From Catajapyx aquilonaris (taxonomy: Eukaryota): DNA of 64,000 nucleotides. The position numbers and the translations under genes were made by a program. Position 1 is the stretch's first letter; each line of letters starts with the position of its first letter. The stretch is taken from NCBI GenBank assembly GCA_000934665.2, contig KZ538044.1:1-64000 (forward strand), in the 5' to 3' direction. The notes under the pieces were generated by a model. That model was not told the origin of the DNA, searched no databases, and was given only the letters and a program-made list of their open reading frames with translations. Positions 5,913 to 15,309 of the stretch are shown in pieces.

Positions 5913-8900
5913 ATCAAGCTGCTGCTGGTACTGCTGCTGGGCTTCTTCCTTCTGGTTGGAGCCAATCACACCTTCCTCCTGAAGCTTCTGCAGGTAGGCG
6001 AGTTTCTGGATGGTGTAGTAAGTCTGCTGTTGCAGCCGGCGGTTGTCATTGTCAGATGCAGAAAAGTAGCCATTCTGTCCTTGCTGCTGCTGCTGGAGCT
6101 GCTGCTGGATCTGAACCTTCTGGACGGGTCCAATGACACCCTGACGCTGCAGCTGCTGGAGGAGCTGGTCCTGGTCCACGGGGCTGACGTAGCCCTGCTG
6201 CTCTCTTTCCTGCTCCTGGCGCTGAGCCTGCTCCATAAGTTCGACCTTCTCAGGGGAGCTGATGGCACCCTGCTGCTGAAGACTCTCCAGAACCTGGATC
6301 TTGGCAACGGGGCTTATGGCACCCTGCTGCTGGACGACTTGACGCACGATCTGTTCCTTCTGGACGGAGCCAGCAAGACCCTGCTGCTGTTGCTCCTGGA
6401 GCTGCTGTTGATACTGCTGCTGGGCTGCCTCCTTCTCGATTGAGCTGATCTTGCCTTCCTGCTGCAGCTTCTGGAGATAGGCGAGTTTCTGGATGGTGTA
6501 AAGAACCTGCTGTTGCTGGTATGCCTGCTCCCTTCCCGCTGGGTATCTGGATGAGGAGCCATAATAACTGCTAAATCCTTCATTCTGCTGCCTTTGGAGC
6601 TGCTTCTGGATCTGATACTTCTCGACGGGTCCGATCACACCCTGGCGCTCGAGCTGCTGAACAAGTTCGGCCAGGTCACCACGACTGACATAGCCTTCAT
6701 CCCTTTCCTGCTCCTGGCGCTGGACCTGCTGCAGAAGAGCTGCCTTCTCAGCAGGGTTGATGGCACCCTGCTGCTGAAGACGTTCCAGAACCTGAATCTT
6801 GGCGACCGGGCTGATGGCACCCTGCTGCTGCACTACCTTGCTCACGATCTGTTCCTTCTCAACGGAGTCACCCAAACCCTGCTGCTGCTGCTGCTGATCA
6901 AGCTGCTGCTGGTACTGCTGCTGGGCTTTCTCCTTCTGGACGGGACCAATTACACCTTCCCGCTGAAGCTTCTGCAGGTAGGCGAGTTTCTGGATGGTGT
7001 AGAAAACCTGCTGCTGCTGCTGGTATGTCTGCTGAAAGCGCTCCTCATTGCCAGAGGAAGGGAAGAAGAATCCTTTCGGTCTCTGCTGCTGCTGGAGCTG
7101 CTGCTGAATCTGAACTTTTTCGACGGATCCGATGAGACTCTGGCGCTCGAGCTGCTGCAGAATCTGGGCCTGATCAACGGGGCTGACATATCCCTGCTGC
7201 TCTCTTTCCTGTTCCTGACTCTGGACCTTCTGGAGAAGTTGGACCTCCTCGACACGAGAGATGGCACCCTGTTGCTGGAGACGTTCCACAACCTCAGCCT
7301 TGGCTTTGGGGCTGATGGCACCCTGCTGCTGCACGACCTTGCTCACAATCTGTTCCTTCTGGACGAAGCTGCCAACACCCTGCTGTCGAAGCTGATCCTG
7401 AAGTTGTTGCTGGTACTGCTGCTGGACTTCCTCTTTCTGGAAGGAGCCAATCACACCTTTCTGCTGAAGCTTTTGCAGGTAGGCGAGTTTCTGGATGGTG
7501 TAGTAAGCCTGCTGCTGTGGTACCTCTCCTTCGGTGGTGTAACGGTAGTAGCCATTGTAGCTGCCATATCCTTGCTGCTGCTGTTGCTGGAGCTGCTGCT
7601 GGATCTCAGTCTTCTCGACGGGGCCAATGACACCCTGACGCTCCAGCTGCTGCAGTATCTGGGCCTGATCAACGGGGCTGGCGTATCCCTGCTGCTCCCT
7701 TTCCTGTTCCTGGCCCTGGACCTGCTGGAGAAGAGAGGCCTTCTCGACGGAGTTGATTGCACCCTGCTGCTGGAGGCGCTCCAGGACCTCTGCCTTGGCA
7801 ATGGGGTTGATGGCACCCTGCTGTCGCAGAACCTTGCGCACGATCTGTTCCTTCTGGATGGAACCACCAAAACCCTGCTGCTGCTGCTGCTGATCAAGCT
7901 GCTGCTGGTACTGCTGCTGGACTTCTTCCTTCTGGTTGGAGCCAATCACACCTTCCTCCTGAAGCTTCTGCAGGTAGGCGAGTTTCTGGATGGTGTAGTA
8001 AGCCTGTTGTTGCTTCCGGCGGTTGTCATTGTCAGAGGCAGAAAAGTAGCCATTCAGTCCTTGCTGCTGGAGCTGGAGCTGTTGCTGGATCTGAGCCTTC
8101 TCGACGGGTCCAATGACACCCTGACGCTGCAGCTGCTGGAGGAGCTGTTCCTGGTCCACAGGGCTGACGTAGCCCTGTTGCCTCTCCTGCTCTTGGCTCT
8201 GGACCTGCTGCAGAAGTTCGTTCTTCTCGATGGAGTTGATTGCACCCTGCTGCTGAAGACGCCCCAGGACCTCGACCTTGGCTATGGGGCTTATGGCACC
8301 CTGCTGCTGGAGAACCTTACGCACGATCTGTTCCTTCTGGACGGAGCCATCAATATCCTGCTGCTGATCAAGCTGCTGCTGGTACTGCTGCTGTGCTTCC
8401 TCCTTCTCGATTGAGCTGATCTTTCCTTCCTGCTGCAGTTTCTGGAGATAGGCAAGCTTCTCGATTGTGTACAGGGATCCACGCTGCTGGTTTATCTGCT
8501 GCCTGAGCTCTTCCTTCTCGATGGTATTGATGATACCCTCCTGCTGCAGGCGCTCCAGAAGCTGCTCCTTCTCGATATCAGTCTCCAGCCCCTGTTGCTG
8601 CTGCAGTTGCTGCAGAAGCTCCAACTTTTCAATGGGGGTAGTAAAACCCTGATTCTGAGAATAGTATCCAGTGGAATAGCTCTGTCCGATGGAGGAAAAG
8701 TCGCGGGGGTCGTATCCGAAGCTCTGGACGAAGGGCAGGTTGCTGCTCAGGCGGGCCTGGTTGTAACGGGCGAGGGTCTGCTGGATGAAGTGGTAGAAGA
8801 GCTCTCCTTGGCGCTCCTGGCTCTGGCAATTCCAGAAGGGGAACTGCTTGTGGAAGATGTCGTGGAGCTGACCCAAGCCAACGTCGTCGGAATGGTAAGC

Positions 8901-8963
8901 GACAAAGCGCTGCTCGGGGTTGTAGTACTTGTAGGCGAAAGAGGTGGGGACCACCACTCCGTT
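4278..8963 (-). CDS. Hemocyanin-superfamily (hexamerin/pseudo-hemocyanin) exon 4: Hemocyanin_M domain split by a Gln-rich repeat insert, then the Hemocyanin_C domain
   Basis: Acceptor TTTTACTTCTAG| at 8964, then a 4686-nt open exon. Motifs: EQRFVAYHSDDVGL..HDIFH..FPFW..RQGELFY..QQTLARY..RLS (CuA region); WERRIQEAIDSG; YYGSL; REPAYYR; PYTREELEFPGV; RLRHKSF; VRIFLAP; VELDKF; CGIP..LLPRG; MGYPFDRPI; NMKFVDV. Confidence 0.96.
5510..8471 (-). repeat. Six coding tandem repeats (~474-510 nt; ~158-170 aa), Gln-rich
   Basis: Units start with YTI(E/Q)KLAYLQKLQ at 8471, 7997, 7502, 7001, 6500 and 6017. A partial unit lies at about 8472-8640. Confidence 0.95.
5823..5912 (-). repeat. Uninterrupted (CAG)30 coding microsatellite (poly-Gln)
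   Basis: 90 nt of pure CTG on + inside repeat unit 6. Confidence 0.95.
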
Positions 8964-9278
8964 CTAGAAGTAAAACCGTTTCGTTGTTATTAACTTAATT
9001 GCGGACAATTTTCCAAAGTTATACTTATTAAAATCTCAAATGATTCATATTAAATGCGTTAGTTGAGCAACGCATTTTAAGTAATTAAGTTCACTTTATT
9101 TCTGCAATTTGAACTTCTAATCATCAGTGCTAACGTCTTATATATTTTTTAACCTGCACAAAAATATTAAATGTAACACTCATCATTGATCAAAATAATG
9201 AGAAGGAACCAATACTTTCAGGGTGCAAAAATAGTTACTGAAATAACCAATTGAGTTACTGAGAGTTACTGAGCTCAC

Positions 9279-9623
9279 CTGTCCTGCTCCAGCAGCACCG
9301 TAAGCCTGACTAAGGGCCTCAGGACCGAAGTAGTTTCCAGGAAGGACCTCGTAGGTCGGAGGGATCTTGAAATCCTGAGAGTCAGCGCGGTGCAGCAGTG
9401 CGGTGGTGTACGCGTACACGAACATGTACTCGTTCACACGCTGTCGGGCCCAGGCGGCAGTCTTGTGGAAGGTCTCCCAGTCCTTGGCCTGGTGCAACAT
9501 CTGGAAGAGGGTCACCATCTCCCGACGGTGGGATTCCTCCAAGACGTTGAAGGCAACGCCCCGGCGGAGAATCTGGCCCTGTTCCACCTGCTGCACGTAC
9601 TGCTGGATACGCTGCTCAGGTAC
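9279..9623 (-). CDS. Hexamerin-like exon 3 (Hemocyanin_N domain)
   Basis: Acceptor GGCATGTAG|, donor CAG|GTGAGC, 115 codons: VPEQRIQQYVQQVEQGQILRRGVAFNVLEESHRREMVTLFQMLHQAKDWETFHKTAAWARQRVNEYMFVYAYTTALLHRADSQDFKIPPTYEVLPGNYFGPEALSQAYGAAGAGQ. Contains the classic AKDWETFxKTAAWARxRVNExMFVYA motif. Confidence 0.95.
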
Positions 9624-9883
9624 CTACATGCCAAAAGCCATCGATGCACATTCAAAAAATGAAAGTTACATTCGGACCAGAAAGCTTAATCAAGGACAAA
9701 TAATAATTAACTTTAATTTGAACTTCTACAGTCATATGGCAGTGTAAACAGCCATCCAGCAGTAGACAAGCATAAAGAAGTGACGGATGATGTTAAGTAT
9801 TTAAATATTGAATATAATGACAGTTCATGTACATTGTAATTTACATTGTCCATCGAGAATTTACATCGAGAATTGTAACTTAC

Positions 9884-10017
9884 ATTGTAATAGCTGGAGT
9901 AACGGGTGGGGTTGTAAGTGTCGGCGATCTCCCTCAGCTCTGCGTCCTGGATGGCCTGCTGGGGTCTGGTCAGAAGCTTGTAGATGGCATGTTGCCTGTC
10001 CAGGAAGTCCTGGTCGG
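9884..10017 (-). CDS. Hexamerin-like exon 2
   Basis: Acceptor TGTTCCACAG|, donor AAT|GTAAGT. Encodes (A)DQDFLDRQHAIYKLLTRPQQAIQDAELREIADTYNPTRYSSYYN, matching the ADxxFLxKQ-type start of hexamerin/hemocyanin domain 1. Phases (1 in, 0 out) fit the neighbouring exons. Confidence 0.9.
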
Positions 10018-10093
10018 CTGTGGAACATAGTTAACCATCATAGTGAACAATGCATGGTTTGGCCGCTAGAAATAAATTAGTGAGGACACCTAC

Positions 10094-10163
10094 CGATGGG
10101 ACGGGCCCACTGTCCGACGGCCACTCCGACCAGGAGGGCAAGAAACGCAACTGTCACTTTCAT
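10094..10163 (-). CDS. Hexamerin-like exon 1 (signal peptide)
   Basis: ATG at 10163. MKVTVAFLALLVGVAVG|QWARPI is a typical signal peptide. Donor G|GTAGGT, phase 1. Total CDS is 5235 nt (1744 aa). Confidence 0.9.
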
Positions 10164-10227
10164 ATTCGCCTAAAAGTCAACAACTCGAGAGTTATTGAGG
10201 GGCTACTTGGACTTGTTGCCGCAGCGA

Positions 10228-10400
10228 AGATTGAGAACCTGTCCGGACCATTTATACCAGAGGGAGGGAAGGGCCGTGTGCAGCATCTCATCCTGTTCCA
10301 GTTGTAATCTGCATGTCTTTGACACTTCGGTTATCGTAATGAAGTAGTATGGTTCATTGAGAACTTGAACCTGACCAATAAAGTGAATTTGTTATCGTCT
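10228..10400 (-). promoter_or_regulatory. Hexamerin-like gene promoter: TATA box with upstream GATA and nuclear-receptor-like half sites
   Basis: TATAAAT on - at 10256-10250, about 90 nt upstream of the ATG. GATAA motifs (TTATC on +) at about 10331 and 10393, and another at about 10642. GGTTCA/TGAACC/TGACC half-site cluster at 10351-10376. The TATA call is well supported; the other sites are short and tentative. Confidence 0.55.
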
Positions 10401-13354
10401 GTTTGATATGTACTAGACATCTAAAGTACTAAGATGTTATTTTTTCTCTCTCCCCTCCCCCAGCCCACAATGTTATAAAAGCAGTAAGTAAAAAAATAGT
10501 GCAAGTTCTGAGCATATTAATTCAAATAGGTAGGATTGACTTGTTTTAAATGTATAACTTAAACACCTCTTTCAGAACATGTTGATAAACAACTTCGGCG
10601 ATATTTTTAGATACAAATGTCGTAGGGGTGAGGTTCCGTCGTTATCGTTTCCTCGATTGCATATTCAATTCACATACTCATAATTTTACGCTTGACTTGG
10701 TAAAACAATAATATGCGTTATGAGTCAGTAAAAGTGATCATTCGCGTAGAATGAACCAAGGTTATTGTCAAGTGATGTGTGTATATGCATGATGAGATCA
10801 GTAACTATGTCCATCTCTTTTATGCAGCCAATGAATCACAGTGTTTTATTCATCCACATACATATCTTTAATAATTGCGATAAGTTTATTATTGTATGCT
10901 TTTGCACAGGTGTCCAAAGCAGCGTATGTACGGTAACTCGTATACGGTAAGTTCATGCTTTATTATTTTGCAATGAATTTCTAAGCAGTAGAAAATAACT
11001 AGCTGGTGGTTCAATTGCCTGTTTTAATCCACATTTCCCCCTGACACTTGCAATCTCAGGAAATGTACATGTGACCATTGTTTGGGCCGAGACCCCTAGA
11101 TTTGGATTCACTGTTAGAAATAATGTAGTCTTCACAAATGAATGTTAGCATAATGTACTGTACAGTACGTAGTAAACATGACGGGGTGGATTAGGGGACA
11201 TGAACATTGTATAATAGCAATGCTGGACAGGTATAGTCTATGAGAAATCAGCTTATCAGCCTATGTCTATACAGATTGGCCTATAAAAAACCTTTATTTC
11301 ATGGGGCACACAGTTTTAAAAAAAGTAAAGGACATTGCCATCATGAAAGCAGACAGTGCTGTAAAAACCCAATCAGTGAGTCGAAAACAGAATGTCAGGA
11401 TTAGAAACTTTTTGTATACGCTTTTTATAAGTAAAATCACTTTGATCAGTGCATGGTGAACATATACCTGATCACGAGATTTACGTTAAAAAATAATTCA
11501 ATAAGTTGCTAATTATTACAGTGATTAGAAGTTGAATGAGTACTCACAAAATCAAACATCATTTTGCGACGGCATATGCAACAGGTATAAGTTTCAACCT
11601 AAAATATTTTAAAGGAAGTATTATTTTCGCTTTACTCGTATATGCCCTACAAAAATGTACAGCTCCAATGCTGATTCTTCTGATGAGCATGATTGCATCA
11701 GCACAGTTTTACATGATTGTATAGGGAATGAAATGCACTTTACGTAATATACCATATACGTAGCCTACAATAATAGTTAACAATGTTGACAATCTTGTGA
11801 TACGTTTGTTCTGAAATAATGTTTATTATGTGTCATCAATTATTGCAGTAAAGGTATGTTCATCCTATAGCATTTCCGTCCCTTCCAGAGAAGATATGTC
11901 GCAGCATTACTTTACCTTCAAGTAATTTTGCGCATCACAAAGTATGGGGAAAAACTGAGTCAGTTTTAAGTTATTGGCAAAGTTTATTTCAAAATAAAAT
12001 AGTAAATTTCGAACATCACCTTTCTACCTCCTCCAACAAAGTAACAAGTCTTATTTTTGCATCATTTTATGTTGCACGTGATCAGAAGGAGGATCAGAAT
12101 GACGTGCAGTTCGTACCAAAGCGGATTAAAAATCACGAATCATTGCGTAACGTTTGCATGATGAACATTATCATTCTTTAGGATACAAAGTGCAGAGCTT
12201 AATGCATTCTACAAGATACAAGGTAATGACATCCCACAATCAATTAAGATACACATACACATAAGAAAACCGCTAATGCAAATTATTGTAAGGCTGACGG
12301 AGGCGAAAGGGTATTTAGAAAAATACTCGCCAAGGTGCAAGATATTAGTAAGCAATATAATTAATGCCAGTTTGGATAAAATATTAACATGAAATGCAGA
12401 ATGATCAGAACTCTGATGTAATCATATGAAGGTGAAAGTGATATTTTGGTGAAAATCTAGTAAAGAAATATATTTGTGTAACGTATAGTCCACGAATCGT
12501 CTTTTAAAGTATTTTCTGCTACAACAGTTACAATTGGGAAAAGATCATCCCACAAAGGATTATGCAATCTTAATACTTCAAATTCCCCTATCTCAAAATA
12601 AGTATGTGACTCTGATCTCTCTGAATTTTAGGTTTTAAATATGGTGCATTTGAGCAAAGTGCCATGAATTCAGAAAGTGAGAATTTTGAGTTCTGATAGC
12701 TTTGATAACGTCACACGTATACCTCACTAGCCATTCAAATCCATTCCGTGAAAATATGCCGTGTCGGAAATATTCTTATTTTCGTTTTAGACGACAGAAG
12801 TACACTACAGAGAAAATAGTACCGTATAGGCTACAATCGCTACATCCTAATAAAGGAAAAAATAAATTTCCGTAATTGATAACTTGCAGTCTGAAGAAGA
12901 TAAGGTCAGTTACAGGCAGCATGTCGCGTTTTTGGCAATGTTTTCTGGATTATAACATTATTTTCATTCCTCAAAATATTTATAAGAGATCACAGATAGC
13001 ACTGTAACCTTGGAAAACAGTACGAAAGCACATAATCCTTGCATGTTTTTAACCTTCGTTTGAACCAAGCGTCACATCTGTCAAATACATTTACAAGTAC
13101 AAGTAGTTATTAATTCAAAAGGTTCATATCTTTTGTACGTCCCATTTACATAATTATCTTAGACATTATTTTCTTCAATTATGTATTTTTATTTTGCGTT
13201 TTGAGCAAGTATAGTCTCGCTGCAGTTTCATTTTTATTTTATATTTTTATTCTACATTCTATTCATAATTCAATTTCATACGTTGCTCCTATAATCCACA
13301 AATGGAAACCGGATGTAAGACGATCAGAATAAGTAAAATTCAAGGTACCGTATG

Positions 13355-13423
13355 CAGGGGCGGATCCAAGGGGGGGGGGGNCATGACCCCCCCCCCCCAA
13401 TCGAAAGTCTGGATCCGCCCCTG
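13355..13423. mobile_element. Tiny hAT-like MITE with 8-bp target-site duplication
   Basis: 14-bp TIRs CAGGGGCGGATCCA / TGGATCCGCCCCTG. Identical 8-bp flanks ACCGTATG (13347-13354 and 13424-13431). The interior is poly-G/poly-C with an N, so the true length is uncertain. Confidence 0.85.
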
Positions 13424-15039
13424 ACCGTATGACAAACACATAATGCAGTATGATGCCGCACTTTCATAAGAAGCAGTCCATCCATGCTGCACTCAGTAGC
13501 TAGGGCAAGGGGCGGTCACACATCTAGAAGGAGATGAATATAGCAACCTATTATTTTTTATGCTACATAGATGATCAGACTATCTCAAAAGGCGGCTATA
13601 TGCCATATGAAGACTTTTACTAAAAAATTTCGGCACATAACTGTTATCCTTTTCTGCGACTCTGAACAGGATGCCATCATAATACAGAATTGACATGTAT
13701 TAGCCTACGTCCAAGTAGGGGAGAATGGGCCAGGCAGTGTTGCCAAAATTTGACAACGGGTCAGCTACTAGTAGCATATACCGGTATTTATTTCATAAAC
13801 TATTGTATGCATTTGTGCCTATATTTATTCCACAGGCATACTTAGTTAGTTGAGGAATGATTATTTTTATATGGGAATAACAGTTTTAGAGATGTCAGGT
13901 GTGCATGCACATGTACGTATATTGTCAGCCAACAGTCTATCTTTAAGAAATCTGCCCATACATGTATGCATTGGTTATACCGTAATCACCAGCTTTACCG
14001 AAACCTGAGAGAAATGAAGTGCGATTCCCACTGAATATCAAGAGAGGAAAAGCGACAGAATGACATATATTTTTGAAAACCGACTGAAAGAAATTTGCTC
14101 AGTCCAACATTTTTGTTTCAAGTTTTCATTCATACTGCCCATACTTGTCACGTACCTGATTGAGAGTTGATAAAACTAATTAAAATCACTTCATTACTAG
14201 TTATCTGGTTACGATTATTATTTTAATGTCGGACTATAATTGGTGTTAGATCGCTTGATCCACACGTGCTGCATAGTAAGTAGTCTATGTAATATGCAGA
14301 TACTCAAACTGAAGTGCAAATAATGACTTCACAGTTTAGTCTGCATATGGCTTATGTGCATATTCTCATTTACATCCACAGATAAAAATATTTTCAATAT
14401 AGGCCTAACATTGTCGATAATATGCGGCATAGATGCGGCACGATGTTCTATCAATGCCAGCCAAGCGGGAGTTCCGGACTTCAAATCCAGTTCCCCTCAC
14501 CTTTGCTTAGTCCGGTCTTTTTCAGCCTTTGTACCGACGTGACCGTGCAGAACTGCCTCCATTCCTTGCCCCATTCTCTCCCCAGGACCATGAGAAAATA
14601 TCTGACATTTCGAAATGACTCGAAAACTACCTAAGTTCGTTGTGAACCTTCCCATCTCCCCTTAACTTCAGCAGATTACATATTTGTTATTATTTTCGCA
14701 ATCCTACTTCACACATTTTAAAGCACCAGTGTACCTTTAAAAATCGCTTAAAAATGTACCAATCGATCAGTAGAACTCTCGAACGATTCCCTCCCCATTT
14801 CTCATCATTCCCCTAAGAACCCCGATGTCTCTGACCTGCTGCATCTTCCATCCCGATATGAAATAGAGCCAACTCCTCGGTTATCAATCAGAGCAACGTG
14901 GGTGGCGCATCCCCCTCCCGGGCACCACCCGACCCAACCAGTGTTTCCCCCTACCGACCCACACCCAAACCTTTCTCTCTTATACCCCCCACTCCATGCC
15001 CCTTCCCCCAACCACGCTCCGGAAAGCCCGGCGGCCAAG

Positions 15040-15309
15040 TTGAGTCTGTAGATCACACCGGGTCGGGATCGCGACCGCTCCGGTTGGGACTGGATCTCTT
15101 TACCATTCCGTCCGGGACTGCTCCGGATAAACATTGCACCATCTCAGGACCACCATATTATTAAAATCACGCGGTTGGACACTATCCCGGATCGCAATTT
15201 AATATCAGGACAATGCCGCATATACAGTGACAAATGCATTAAGTGCAAAAAAAAAAAAAACTGGCAGAAGACAACGATAAGGAGTTTTTGGCCACGCCTC
15301 TAGATACAG
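15040..15309 (+). other. Candidate promoter and non-coding first exon (possibly of the LRR gene at 63.7 kb)
   Basis: CpG-rich block preceded by a pyrimidine/C-rich tract (14.8-15.0 kb). Inr-like TGAGT near 15041. Ends at a perfect donor CAG|GTGAGT (15309/15310). No credible ORF. Confidence 0.35.

Noticed and set aside
5510..8471. CRISPR-like or prokaryotic repeat array
   Set aside because: The repeats are in-frame coding units in a spliced eukaryotic gene, with no repeat-spacer structure.
4278..8957. Functional hemocyanin or prophenoloxidase call; also mucin or gluten-like call
   Set aside because: Four of six copper His are missing and there is a signal peptide. The flanks are clearly hemocyanin-family, so it is not a generic low-complexity protein.
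4485..8993. Long Leu-rich ORFs on + (6594-8414, 5526-6443, 4485-4985, 8595-8993) and poly-Ser/poly-Cys ORFs in other frames
   Set aside because: Shadows of the Gln-rich, C/G-ending codon usage of the real - strand gene (CAG read as CTG/AGC/TGC). No independent protein features.
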